From Anolis carolinensis (Eukaryota): 64,000 nt of DNA. The notes beneath the pieces were generated by a model. That model had not been told where the DNA came from and did no database searches. It was given only the letters and a program-made list of their open reading frames with translations. Numbering within the stretch: the stretch's first letter is position 1; every line of letters begins with the position of its first letter. This document shows positions 39,103 to 49,934 of this stretch, piece after piece. The translations under genes and the position numbers were made by a program. Location of the stretch: contig NC_085845.1 of assembly GCF_035594765.1 (NCBI RefSeq), forward strand, positions 206,779,072-206,843,071. Reading direction: 5' to 3'.

Positions 39103-40225
39103 AACTTTATTTATACCCCACCACCATCTCCCCACGGGGACTTGGGGCAGCTCACATGGGGCAAGGCCCGACCAGCACAATTTACAAAAACAACAGCATT
39201 ATTACATTGAACAATATATACAAAAATTAAAACAAAGTAAGACAATAAAACAAGAGTTAATACAGCAGTAATAATATCAATCAACCACCAAGTACAATTC
39301 AGTTGACTTCAGCAGCAATATAAAAATATCATCATCAGTCAAAATACCCAAATAAAAGGGACCTAATAAAATCCAGGATAGAGTTATAATGCAAGCTGCA
39401 GTAAATCTTGCCAACCGGAAAGCTGAGAATTCGTAGCCCGGGTCAGGGTGAGCTCCTGATCTTTAGCCCAAGTTCTGCCTACCAAGCAATTCAAAAACAA
39501 ATGTGAGTAGATAAATAGGAACTGCATTAAAATGGGAAGGTATTATTTAGGCTCAGCATTTTGATCAGAAAAAAGGAGGAAGTTTATGAACAAAGAAAGC
39601 TCTTTGGCAGGGAGGTGGAGTGACAGCACCTCCCAGGGGCCGGAATTGAACACAGCCTCCAAAGATGCCGAAAGATTGGAAAAGCCTATATAATACTTGT
39701 ATCTGTTGTCTGTCTTGTCACTGTTATAATCAGCATTGAATGTTTGCCGTGTATATGTATGTTCTATGATCCATCCTGAGTCCCCTTTGGGGTGAGACGG
39801 GCGAAATGTAAGGCGAAGGTTTCCCCTGATGTGAAGTCCAGTCGTGTCTGACTCTGGGGGTTGGAGCTCTCCTCCATCTCTAGGCTGAAGAGGCGGCGTT
39901 GTCCGTAGGCACCTCCAAGGCCATATGGCCACTGGCAGGACTGCATGGAGCGCCCTTACCTTCCTGCCGGAGTGGTACCTATTGATCTACTCACATTTGC
40001 ATGATTTCGAACTGCGAGGTTGGCAGAAGCTGGGGCTAACAGCGGGAGCTCACCCTGCTCCCTGGATTTGAACCTGCGACCTTTTGGTCAACAAGTTCAG
40101 GAGCTCACTGGTTAAACCCGCTGCGCCACTTGGGGGGGGGCTCCTTAAATAAAAATAAATGAAAATAAATAATAATAAGTAAGTGTTATTGGAAGGGATG
40201 AAATGTCAATAAAGACCAGGAGTGG

Positions 40226-40264
<39 letters not shown>

Positions 40265-40498
40265 GGTGCTGGGGGCGAATGGCAAGGCAGTCAGCCCTTG
40301 GGCGAGGGAGTGGCAGGGGCAGAGGGGAGGGGTCCCGGGGGCGTGGCCGCGGGGGGCGTGGCTTCTCTCTCTCTCCTCCCCCCCCCCCCGCGGAGGCACC
40401 TGCTTCCACCCGAGGGCGGTGCCGGAGACGTCGACGCCGCCGCCGAAGCGCTCTCCGGTCAGGAAGCCCCCCGTCCAGTCCACCAGCCCCACCTCCAT
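24697..40498 (-). CDS. FSCN3: FSCN3 (fascin-3, testis fascin), 6 coding exons, ~516 aa
   Basis: Exons 40498-40400 (MEVGLVDWTGGFLT...WKQ), 37223-36464, 36298-36180, 25477-25318, 25215-25006, 24899-24697 (...LNFCLELRGPHRLALLAPNGLYVRGDHRGALCADAHDPHQCLWEF*). Motifs YARADP..RVWVDA, LESDGEDVFC and the C-terminal WEF match FSCN3. AATAAA on the - strand at ~24620-24625. Confidence 0.93.
29031..30180 (+). repeat. 5' LTR
   Basis: TGTTATG...TTGACA; TATA-like CATAAAA 29453-29459; AATAAA 30136-30141; four differences seen relative to the 3' LTR. Confidence 0.97.
30235..31035 (+). CDS. gag: Gag (capsid + CCHC zinc knuckle), 266 aa
   Basis: PERFDG, KVAFILSLLTGPAGQWA, LKQG, EEPMEL and CLYCGNAGHFAKNC motifs typical of sushi/PEG10-like Gag. 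Confidence 0.95.
   Translation: MDELRAKVDQLQTAFTVSQTAQAVKGHVLTPERFDGTRCKLPTFLAQVELYFSQLSAHAFPTDTSKVAFILSLLTGPAGQWATNLILGNDPVKDNLNNFKKLLTDTFGDPLRTENAGWALYRLKQGKGTVLDYLNKFNLYRHQLDWGENAFMLLFTAGLSDMLQDELARLEPAESWDALVAKVLRLDARFEARKHSKAMCAPPMHVTRAPVVMGEEPMELGVFKKLSTEEKSRRRQLGLCLYCGNAGHFAKNCNVKPSQLSGKGQP
31017..34640 (+). CDS. pol: Pol (PR-RT-RNaseH-IN) in the -1 frame, extended through the PPT into U3 of the 3' LTR
   Basis: Protease LLDSGA; RT LDLRGAYN, MPFGL, YLDD; RNase H EADAS..ELLAI..SDHKNL..ADALSR; integrase HHCC (HDEPMAGH..CDSCAVC), SMDF, ISDR, DGQSER, GPF motif. No stop until TAA at 34638-34640. Confidence 0.96.
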   Translation, partial: GKRPALVRRESNALGLLKQSTEGRKHVFVPITLSVGGRELVSTLALLDSGATVSYVDIEFAKKHGIPRVRKACDVWVEGADGRLLETGVVNHETSAVTWEVQGVTGTFVWDITSLPRYDVILGMDWLAVVNPHVDWATRKVILKRQDCCTLNVTHSDMEGVPAEYGEFSDVFCKREADKLPPHRPYDCAIKLAEGAKLPAGRLYALTVPERQALREFLDENLAKGFIRPSSSPTAAPVFFVAKKTGELRLVCDYRILNKYTIRDRYPLPLISELLSRVQGAKVFTKLDLRGAYNLIRIREGDEWKTAFNTCFGCHEFRVMPFGLCNAPAVFQRFMNDVFRDLIDQFLVIYLDDILIFSKDEKEHRQHVKQVLHRLRANGLFAKASKCVFHVPEVEFLGHVVSGRELKMDPHKVDAVNSWQELKTKKDVQRFLGFANYYREFIPNFAKLTVPLTQLLRKKQPFVWGREAHEAFLQLKSSFQSDNILTHPDVDRPFVVEADASSYALGAVLSQKDSSGTLRPCGFYSRQLTPFEQNYTIWEKELLAIKVAFEVWRHWLEGARHQIVVRSDHKNLEHLQTAKKLNQRQIRWALFFSRFNFKVQFVEGKANLRADALSRKPEFKTNEQVVCQTILPTASLCVVDNELGLHDQILEAQKDDVWTQEQLMLLSAGNRTILPHLQDQDGVLVRRGQVYVPVGTLRLEVIRAHHDEPMAGHFGRFKTVQLITRSYWWPKMRQDILRFCDSCAVCQQSKTPVGRPRGLLSSLPVPERPWQIISMDFISDLPKSGGYTCIWVVVDLFSKLAHFIPCSTIPAAPTLALLFTKHIYRLHGAPEVIISDRAPQFVSRFWKHFHECLGTKLNVSSAFHPQTDGQSERVNGLLEQYLRCFCLDQPTAWVKWLPVAEFAYNNAVHTSSQHTPFELTYGFHPRGGVAPSTNVVSSDPVYRSSEMAALHDVARRLLLEAKATQKTQADRHRQAGEELEEGDLVWLSSKHIKQAGGKFAPRYLGPFPIVKKISSVAFRLRLPSSLKVHPVFHRSLLKLDTSSRRGAIAEGITATSPPSGEEAFVRGDSVMIEPHGSVTDRRGRKTPRESDTLEERERKRLRDIFAAPSDEESFEGFTERMEEGLVSSEEDEMDWTRVREELGATGHDGAEDEWGPSGLDPWLSWRDGTGSTAGDAVGRSQRCSSSDEESDEETPGLRRTADSDEDL
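34223..35372 (+). repeat. 3' LTR
   Basis: Direct repeat of 29031-30180 at an offset of 5192 bp, preceded by the PPT and followed by the TSD. Confidence 0.97.
37364..37692 (+). mobile_element. Sauria SINE, full length; other copies at ~39816-40144 (-), ~2870-3230 and a fragment at ~4845
   Basis: tRNA-like head GGAGCCCCGGTGGCTCAGTGTGTTAAAGC, core GTGAGTAGATCAATAGGTACCGC and ACCTT-type tail. Confidence 0.85.
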
Positions 40499-40775
40499 GG
40501 CGCCTGGAGGGAGGACGGAGGGAGGGGAGGGAGACGCCCCTCCCTCACGAGGCCCCGCCCCCAGCCTTTGTGACGCCCCCCGCCCGCTCTGGGCTCCCTT
40601 TCCCGCCCCCTCCTCCCTTCCCTGGGAAGCACAGGCCGGGGGGACATCTGTCGGGAGGGCTCGGCCGGTGCCTTCCTTTCTTCCTTCCGTCCTGCCTGTC
40701 ACGAAAGGCCTCGGATGGGTGACCCTCGACGGGGCCCCATCTCTCTCTCTCTCTCTCTCTCTCAGGTTGAGCATA

Positions 40776-41048
40776 GGAGCCCCCAGGTGGCGTAGTGGAC
40801 TAAGTGACTGGAAGGTTGGGTTGCTGACCTGAAAGCTGCCAGGTTCGAATCCCACCTGGGGAGAGTGTGGATGAGCTCCCTCTATCAGCTCCAGCTCCAG
40901 GCGGGGACATGAGAGAAGACTCCCACAAGGATGGTAAAAACATCAAAACATCCGGGCAACGTCCCCTGGGCAACGTCCTTGCAGACGGCCAATTCTCTCA
41001 CTCCAGAAGCAACTCCGGTTGCTCCTGACACGAAAAAAAAAAAAAAAA
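40776..41048 (+). mobile_element. tRNA-derived SINE with poly(A) tail and TSD
   Basis: A box GGTGGCGTAGTGG, B box GTTCGAATCC, A-tail, TSD AGGTTGAGCAT (40764-40774, 41049-41059). Confidence 0.85.
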
Positions 41049-41649
41049 AGGTTGAGCATGTGTTGTCCAAGAAAGGCTTTCATGGGTTGCTTTGAGTTTT
41101 CCGGGCTGTCTGGTCTTGTTCCAGAAGCATTCCCTCCTGACGTTTTCCCCACACCTAGGGCAGGCATCCTCAGAGGTTTATTTATTTATTACAATATTTA
41201 TATCCCGCCCTTCGCACCCAACAGGGGACTCAGGGCGACTTACAATAAAACACATATGTAAACATTGTACAATGCACTATAAAACAGTTAAAATTATTAA
41301 CTTACATCGGACATTCATAAAACACATTCTAAAATACAGATGGGCGTGTTCAGTTTTAAAGGACTGGGTCTGTCGATTGAGTTCCAGCGTACATTATAAT
41401 AATTAGCGCTGCTAATTATTATTATTATTATTATGCTAATTATTGTGAGGTCTGATGGAAACTAGGCAAGTTATCCCAATACCGCCTCCCCATGCATATG
41501 GGATATATATTGATCATGATAGGAATAAACTTAACAGTTTAAATAATAAATGTAAGGCCTTCCCGCGGACCACCCTGAGAATTTCGGGAGGGGGGGGGGT
41601 GAAGCCCCGTAAGCTGGCGGTGCCTTCCTTCTAGGAATGAATGGGTCTC

Positions 41650-41866
41650 CGACGCCAGCACACCGGGGCGCCCGCCGGGCAGCTGAAGCACCGCGGCTCT
41701 CGCGGCCGCCGTTTGCGCATGCGCCACGGGTCGCCGCGCTCCCTCCGTCCGTCCCCTTTCTGCGCATGCGCGCGCAGGCACACACGCAAGCCGTCAACCG
41801 CCGAGGTCCTAGCAGGGAGGAAACGCTTCCGCGCATGCGTGGCGCGGTGCTGCTGGCCGAGAGAAG
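41650..41866 (+). promoter_or_regulatory. CpG-island promoter and probable non-coding exon 1 of GCC1
   Basis: NRF1 palindromes TGCGCATGCGC at 41714-41724 and 41761-41771, a third at ~41831; strong donor AAG|GTGAGT at 41866/41867; matching acceptor TTTCAG| at 46536, 37 nt before the GCC1 ATG. Confidence 0.65.
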
Positions 41867-41907
41867 GTGAGTGGGTCTGGGCCGCGCCTTGGGGTCGCCG
41901 CTTCCCC

Positions 41908-41980
41908 GGAAGGAAGGAAGGAAGGAAGGAAGGAAGGAAGGAAGGAAGGAAGGAAGGAAGGAAGGAAGGAAGGAAGGAAG
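41908..41980 (+). repeat. (GGAA)n microsatellite
   Basis: About 18 tandem units just downstream of the GCC1 promoter exon. Confidence 0.9.
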
Positions 41981-42693
41981 GGGGCATGGGCCAACTTGGG
42001 CCCTCCCTCCAGGTGTTTTGGACTCCAGCTCCCTCCATTCCTCACAGCCGGTAGGCCTTCTATAAACATTCAAAGTACTGTTAGACACAGAATGGTATTT
42101 ATTTATAGTATCAGAAACGAAACCGAGGGCGCAGTGGTCATGCATTTAAAAACGCAAACAGAGTTAACATCTTGGCCTGATACTAGATGTCCTTTGAGCA
42201 GTAGCCGTCCACTTGGCGCGAGTGCCTCTGGCGTGGCCGTGGGAAGGCAGGCCCGCCTCCCGGGCGGATGGGCCTTGCAGTCGGGCCTGTGGGTTGCGCC
42301 CCCCCCCGGGGCCCCGCCCGCCCTCGCCTGCCGTGGACTCCCCTTCGTGGCCCCGCCCCTTAAGGCTGGCTCTGCACTGCACTGCACTGGCCCCTTCCCC
42401 AAGGACACGAATGAATGAAAACTTGGTGTTTCCTGCAGATCTCTGAGCAGGATTAGGCCCAGCACCCCCCCCCCCCCCAATCGGGGTTGTTAACTAGCAC
42501 CCCAGTCAGCGCTGGACCCACTTCCCGGCCCTGTGGAGTTGGCCTTGACCACTCGGGAGCCCTCGTCATCATATCTGGCCCCGCTGATGGAGCATTTTGT
42601 AACTGTTTTTTTTAAATGTTGTGGTTGTTTGTATGTTCTTCTTTCATATTTATTATTCTTTATCCACCTGGTTTTTACAGTTATTATATTGTA

Positions 42694-43158
42694 CTAGCTG
42701 TGCCTGGCCATGCGTTGCTGTGGCAAAGTGGTGGTGGTATTGGTTAAAAATTGTGCAATTTTTAATTTGACGTTATTTGTATTTTTAAAATTTTTTTATT
42801 GTAAGTTATCTTTTTATTATATTTATTATTTTCTAGTATTATTTTTAGTTATTTTCTGTTATAGTATTTTATGGTATTAATTATTTAGTGTTTTTAATTA
42901 TTTTTTAGTGTTTATTATTATTTTTTATTGGGTTGCTAGGAGACCAAGTTGGAGGAGCTTAGCCTTCTAACTGGCAACAATTGGATAAAAGCAATTATTC
43001 CTCTCTCTCTAATTAGGACTTTATTTTTCTTTTCTTTTTGTTGTATCAACCTAGAGCCGTGGATGATGGGTTGTGTTGTCAAATTTCAAGGTTGGGGGGC
43101 CTTTAGATTTGTTGTTTTGTGGGTCGCCGTGATGCCATCACTCTTTTATATATATAGA
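42694..43158 (-). mobile_element. Non-autonomous Helitron
   Basis: On the - strand: A|TCTATATATATAAAA ... GCCACAGCAACGCATGGC hairpin ... CTAG|T. Confidence 0.75.
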
Positions 43159-43534
43159 TTATCTGCTTTTAATGTGTTTTGTCTGTTGCTTTGCTCTTTT
43201 AAATGTATTTTACTTTGCTTTTTACTTGTTTTTTGGCTTGGCCCTGTGTAAGCCACCCCGAGTCCCCACGGGGAGATGGAGGTGGGATAGAAAAATCAAG
43301 TTGTTGCTATTATTACTATTACTATTATTGTTATGTTTGTTTTGTATTTGTAAGCTGCCCCGAGTCCCCCTGGGGAGATGGAGGCGGGGTATAAAATAAA
43401 ATAATAATAATAATAATAATAATAATTAATTTGTTTGTTTTTGTTTAATTTGTTGTATGGTTTCTTTGCTATGTTGGAAACTCCCCTGAGTCCCCTCAAG
43501 GAGAGAGTTTTACAAAGTTTTATTATTATTATCA

Positions 43535-45010
43535 TGGTGCCAGAGCATAGGCTGTTCAGCGCCACTTCAAGTCACCCAATCTTCTGTGTGCCCAGGGGAA
43601 AGTCTCTCATTCAGTCTCAGTCATGGCTTGAGGTTCCAGGTTCTAGCCTGCCACTTTTGGACTCTCGCTTGCTCAGGTGTTCCTGTGAGTATCTCTATGG
43701 ATCTTAGGAAACTGTTTCTTGATTTAAGGCAGTGATTCTCTTCTTAACCTGGCGTCCGCAGATGTTTTTCGACTACAATTCCCAGAAATCCCTACCAGTT
43801 TACCAGCTGTTAGGATTTCTGGGAGTCGAAAGCCAAAAACATCTGGGGACTCTAGGTTGAGAAGCACCGATTTAAGGCATTGGCGTGCTGGCTGATATCT
43901 GAACAGGGGATGGGCCATAGATGTCGATCCCTTGGACCTTTCATTGCTGGCTGCTACTTCCCGGCGGGTGTCAGGTCGTGCAATGCCGGCTGAACAGTAT
44001 AATTTCTCCAGTGGTCTTGGGCATAGACATCCTGGATGATGCGGCATGTCTAATTAAGAGCCACATCCACTGTTTTATTCCACACTGGGCATGCATACTC
44101 AGTAGCAGAGTAGCCAAGCACATGGGAAGATGTCTTCACTGTGTCTGGTTGTGATACCCAGGTTGTGCCATTCAGCTTTCATATGATATTATTTTTAGCA
44201 CCCACTTTTTTAAAGCAGTGCTTCTTGTAAGTTGGAGCATGGTCCAGGGTCCAGGTATTTTGGATGTGCAGCAATGCTCCAGTGGGATTCCTTCCCAGGT
44301 CATCCTCAGAGCTTGAGATGCTTGTCTGTTCTTAAGATGAAAAGCACACATCTGCATTTTAGATGGATTAGGGATCAGCAGGTTTTTCCGGTAACAAGCA
44401 GTGAGAGCACCTAAAGATTTGGAGAGCTTCTGTTCAACCGTTTCAAAGCTCCCTGCTTGGGCAGTGATGGCGTGATCATCAGCATAGATCAAACTCTGTC
44501 TCTTCTGGCAGTGGCTGGTCATTTGTGTAAATGGTAAACATGGATGGAGCAAGCACACTCCCCTGAGGCAGGCCGTTCTTCTGTTTCCACCATCTGCTTC
44601 TTTGACCCTGGAACTCAACAAAAAAGCTTCTGTTTCGTAGCAGATTTCTTATGAAGCGGGTGAGATGGTAGTCCTGTGTGATATTACACATTTTTCTCAT
44701 GCAAAGGCAATGATTTACAGTGTCATAAGCTGCTGAAAGGTCTATGAAGACAGCTCCTATAATCTGTTGCCTTTAAAACCCATCTTCTATGTGCTGAGCC
44801 AGGTTCAACACTTGTGATGTGCAGCTTTTGCCTGTCCTGAAGCCAGCTTGCTCCAGAATCATACATGGGTCTATTTTTTTCCATAATTCTATGCAGAATA
44901 AGTCTCTCCAGAACTTTGTAAAGATGGCACAACAAGGAAAATGGTCTATAGCTTTTTGGGTCATTGCGGTCTTTGCCTCGTTTCAAGATGGCTGTGACAC
45001 TTGCTGTAAT
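43535..45010 (-). mobile_element. Decayed non-LTR retrotransposon RT fragment (Vingi/ingi-like); related 3' fragment at ~15860-16520
   Basis: Frameshifted motifs PKSYRPFSLLC, EQAGFR, GLPQGSVLAP, IYADD and TGCLRPT..LYCLPGIAPPD. Confidence 0.75.
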
Positions 45011-46007
45011 GCTTGTTAACACAGAATGGTTAACGAGCATTACAGCAGATGCTCAGTTCACAGGGACTCTCAAGCTACCAGCAAATAACACTAGGTAACA
45101 AAATTTAAACAAAAAACCTGTTACTGATTTGAAAGTGTTGTTTCCTGTTTAATTGTGTGGTCCTTACTTTGAAAGTAAGTTTAATACTCCAAGAACTTTG
45201 CTTTTGTGGCACAAGCTGAGTGGGTTGAGACTCAATGACAAGATATCCATTGAAAAACTAGAGCAAAACGTGCTGTGGTGGGATGTCCCTCCTGCAAGAA
45301 CAAACCTTTCCCATGTTTTTATGATAGAACCAATTAGGAAACGACTTTGGTAACCCAGGAAGAAAAATAGTGTTACATATTATTACTATAATATATTATA
45401 TAATATAATAATAACATAATAATAATATATAAGATATCATGTGCTGCAGGATGTCCCTTCCGCAGAAACAATGTTTCGGCAGTTTAGTAAACTTTCCCCA
45501 TGTTTTTAGGATAGAACCATTTAGGAAATGACATTTGGAGCAAAAAACTTAGCATTACATAGTGTAATCAAAGGAGGCAGGCTCTATTTCACTCGTAATA
45601 GTCCCACTTTCCCCTCCTTTTTTGGGCAAAGGATGCCCCTCTTCAATGGGGCTTCCCTGGGTTGCCCAGCAGTTGGGAAGAGAGTGGAGAGATGGAGGGA
45701 AGGGCGGCTGTTGAGGCCAGAATAGCACTTCATGGCCCCAGAATGGGGTGCGACCCTCAAGGTACTTGTGGTCCTGATGCTTTTCTCACACAGTGAAACT
45801 GTTGAGCCAAGCTGGTCTTTATGGGCCTTCGTTTGCTCTTTAGGACTGCCTTCCAAGTCAAGTCAAGTTGGGGATCATGGCAGGGTCTTGTGTGGGATAT
45901 TGAATGGGCTGAGCCTGTTTTTAATGGTAGTAACTCTCAAGCATCAAAGACTCTAGTGTTGTTGTGTGTTTTCTGGGCTGTCTGGCCATGTTCCAGAAGT
46001 ATTCTCT

Positions 46008-46048
46008 CCTGACGTTTCACCCACATCTATGGCAGGCATCCTCAGAGG
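46008..46048 (-). ncRNA. Minimal hammerhead ribozyme motif (Penelope-associated)
   Basis: - strand reads CCU-CUGAGGA-U-GCCUGC-CAUAGAU-GUGGGU-GAAAC-GUC-AGG: conserved core, stem II, palindromic ACGU stem III, 3-bp stem I. Confidence 0.55.
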
Positions 46049-46573
46049 TTGAGAGGTTTGTTGGGAACGAATCATCCCTGTGATTCCGGCCATGAAAGTC
46101 TACCTTTGACAACACAAAAACTTCTGTGTTGATCCGCCATTCTAAGGGTGCCATGGGTCACCAGTGATTTGGCTGCAGTTTTAAGATCAAGCACATGAAT
46201 CCCTGGTACAGGGCAATAAAAACAAGGACAATCAGACTGAAGGATCATTTTTATCCTAGAGCTGTGGCTGTGTTGAACTCTGGTTTTGCACTGATGTGGA
46301 ATTGGGGGCTGTGTGGTGGTGGTGGGGTGTGTGTGCAGAGGGTGTGTGTGATTTTTTTTGGTTTGCGAAGGGGAAGGCATGTAATTTTGGTGTTGTGTTA
46401 GCACAATGTCAAATAAAGCTGTTCTCACTCTTTCAGCCTCCTCCTCCTCCTGAAGCACCTGCCTGGGCACAGGGAGTAGGGAGGAGGGGCCCGTGGCCCT
46501 GCCTCAGTTTTCCTGCCTGCCTTTCTCTGCTTTCAGGCCTATCCACCCCCCCAGTCCCCCCCCCCCGGTCGCC

Positions 46574-49500
46574 ATGGAGAAGTTTGGGGTGAGCTTTGGG
46601 GGCGGTCCTAGCCGGAAGGAGCTCCTGGAGACAGTGGAGCAGCAGCGGGAGCAGCTGGCGCAGTACCAGGCCCGCCTGAAGGACGTGGTCCGGGCCTACA
46701 AGGGCCTGCTCAAGGAGAAGGAGGCTCTGGAGGCCAGCCTGAGGGTCCTCTCCGTAGCCCACCAACCAGATACCCTTGATCCGGCCGGACCGGGGACGAC
46801 CTCCGGGTCCAGCCTGGACCTTGGTGAGGACAGGAGCTCTGGTCACAGCGAGGAGGACGGTGCCGGGCCTGTGACGGAGGAAGAAGAGCAGGCGGTGGGG
46901 CCGGAGGAGGAGAGCGGGAGCGGCGGAGAGGCGCCAGGGGATGGGGGCCGGCGCGTGCTGCAGCTTCAGGCCCAGCTGTCCACGCTGACGGCTTCCCTGG
47001 CCACGGTTTCCCAGGAGAAGTCCCGGGCGGAGGCCTCCTTCCAGGCGGACAAGCGGCGTCAGAAACAGGAGCGGGAGGAGGCCAGCCGGCGGGCTGAGGA
47101 GGAGCGCGGGCGCCTGGCGGAGGAGGCCCGGGCGGCCCGGGAGCAGCTGGCGGAGACCAAGGCCCGGCTCCTGGCGCAGCAGCACGACCGGGCCCAGGAA
47201 CAGGCCGACCACGCCGCCATGCTGCGCGAGCTCCAGCGCCTGCTGCAAGCCGAGAGGGCCCTGCGCCAGGAGGCAGAGCGCAGCCTGGAGGAGAGCCGCG
47301 GGGCCCTGGCCGGGAAGGCCTGTGCCGCCGATCGCGCCGAGGAGGCCGAGCACAGGGCCCGCCGCCTGCAGAGGGAGATGGAGGGCCTGGAGAAGGAGCT
47401 GGCGGCCCTGCGCGAGGAGAGCGCCCGCCCCGACCCCCAGCTGCAGGCCCTGCAGTCCGAGATGGCCGCCCTGCGCAGCCACTTCCAGGCCCAGCTGCTG
47501 CAGGAGATGCGCAAGGTCAGGCCCCCAAGGGCGAGGGGGGAGGGGGCAAGGGATCGCCAGTGGGTTACCTCGGGGGGGGGGGGGAATTGTATTTCAAGAC
47601 CTGGTCCTGTCCATGCAAAGGGGGGATGTGCCTGTGAGTTGGGTATTGACCCACCCGGAATAACAGGGCTTTAGCACAGCAGGTTAAGCACTCAGCTGCA
47701 ATAATCTTGCCAGCCAGAAGGTTGACAGTTCAAAGCCCGGGTCTGGGTGAGCTCCTGACCTTTAGTCAGGCTTCTGCCAGCCTAGCAATTTGAAAAATCT
47801 GAGTAGATAAATAAGAACCGCATTAAAGCAGGGAGGTATTTAGGTATACGAACAAAGAAAGCTCTTCGGCAGGGAGATAGAGCGACAGCACCCCCTAGTG
47901 GCCGGAGCCAAGTATAGCCTCCAAAAAAAGATGCCAAAAGATGGGGAAAAGCCTATGTAATACTTCTATCTGTTGCCTGTCTTGTCATTGTTATAATTGG
48001 CATGGAATGTCTGCCATATAGGTGTTCTGTTACCCGCACTGAGTCCCCTTCGGGGTGAGAAGAACAGAATATAAATACTGTAAATAAATAAATAAATAAT
48101 AAACAGCCCTGTGTCCAGCTCTGGGCACTGCAATTCCAAGAAGCTGTTGACCAGGTGGAAGGTGCCACCGAAAGAGTCACGGGGTGGAAGCCATGAATCC
48201 CTCTCGAGTGCAGCTGAAGGAGCCGTAGCTTCATGTTGACTCTCTCGCTCTCTCTCTTTTGCCCCCGCCCCTGCCCCAATTCCCAGATGGCCCAAACAGA
48301 GGAGCGTGTCCGTGCAGAGGAGGATCGAGCAGCCGGCCTGGAGGCACAGATTTCGGAGGCCTCGGAGCTCTTGGGCAGCTACGAGAGGGCCAAACAGAGG
48401 GACCAGCTGGCCATGCAGCGGTTGCGCGAGCGCCTGTCCCAGCTGGACTTGGAGAACAAGACGCTGGCCTTGGCCACCTCCAGCCGCTGCCCAGTGCCGG
48501 ACGTGGGCCTTGACGAGAGCGGCCTGGATGCCAACGTGCTCCGGGACAGGATTGAGAAGCTGCGGGCCCTTCTGCGGGCAGCCACCAAGCAGGACCTGGA
48601 GGAGGAGGATGGGGAGGATGAAGGGGGGGAGGGGTCCCTGTGCAAGGCGGAGCCGCCTGGAGAGGAGGCCGACGGGGAGAAGGTGTCCTCGGCCGCCTAC
48701 TACCAGCGGGAGCTGAAGCAGCTGAAGGAGGAGTTTGAGCACTACAAGCAGCAGCAGCAGCAGCACTGGGCACAGAAGGGCGGTGGGCAGCCGGCACAAG
48801 GGGGGACCGAGGGCACCGTGGAAGGGGAGCTGGCGGAGGTGCGGGCGCAGCTGGCGGCCCTGAAGGAGACGTACGTGTCCCTGCGCCTCTCCCATGAGGA
48901 CCAGGCCCGGCGGCACCGGGAGCAGGCCGAGGCCCGGCGGCAGGAGGCGTCCCGGGGGCAGCAGCGGCAGCGGGAGGAGCTGGAGCGGGCCCGGCGGGAG
49001 GCCCGGGAAGAGGCCCTGCACCTGGAGGAGGAGCTGCGCCGGCAGCGGGAGCGCGCCCTGGCCGTGCTGGCCGAGAAGGAGCTGGAGCTGGAACACCTGC
49101 GCGCCCTGGCCTGGCCCTACGCCGCCGGCCCGTCCCCGCCGGGGCACCGCCCCCCTTCGCCCACCCCGCCCCCCTCGCTGCCCCCCTCGGCCCCCCAGGA
49201 GGACTTGACGCAGGCGCTGCGCCTCTCGGGGGGCCCCGGGGAGCCCCCCTTCCTGCTGTACACGGAGCAGCTGGCCCGGCGGGCGGTGGAGCTGGCGGGA
49301 CTCAAGCGGGAGAAGCGGCGGCTGGAGGGGGAGGCGCGGCGGCTGCGGGAGCGGCTCCTGGCGGCGGAGGAGGCCCACCGGGAGGAGCTGGCGGCCCTGC
49401 GGGAGCGGCTGCAGCAGAGCGCCCGCGAGCAGGGCCGGGAGGGAGCCAACCTGGAGTACCTCAAGAACGTCTTCTTCCGCTTCCTGACGCTGGCCGAGGG

Positions 49501-49633
49501 CATGGGCCGCCAGCAGACCCTGGGCGCCATCCTCACCGTCCTGCACTTCAGCCCCGAGGAGAGGCAGGCCGTCCTGGGGCCCGGGGGGGCGGGCGGCGGG
49601 GGTGGGGGGTGGTGGGCCTCCGGGAGGAGGTAG
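46574..49633 (+). CDS. GCC1: GCC1 (GRIP and coiled-coil domain containing 1, golgin GCC88), 2 coding exons, ~762 aa
   Basis: Exon 46574-47515 (MEKFGVSFGGGPSRKELLETVE...LLQEMRK) and exon 48287-49633 ending in the GRIP domain (GANLEYLKNVFFRFLT...LTVLHFSPEE). AATAAA at 49786-49791. Confidence 0.97.
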
Positions 49634-49900
49634 GAGGGGGGCCTCCCCACTTGCCCACGCACTCTCCCCAAAGGGTTTCCAATCATGCTGGTGGTCTGGG
49701 CTTCTGTGCTTTCCATGATTCCTAAATAGGGGATGGGACAATTATGTGGGAGCTGCCCCACTCCCTGTCCATGTTCCAGGTCACCAATAAAAGACTCACT
49801 GCCAAAGCCTTTTCCCAGAGCAGAGGCCTGGTGTAGGGAGTACGGGGGGGGGGGGGACGGACAGGGATAGATGAGCCCTCCCTTGCAGCCCTCAGACATG

Positions 49901-49934
<34 letters not shown>

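Noticed and set aside
47966-49741. 591-aa and 349-aa ORFs antisense to GCC1
   Set aside because: Shadow ORFs caused by the high GC3 of the real coding strand
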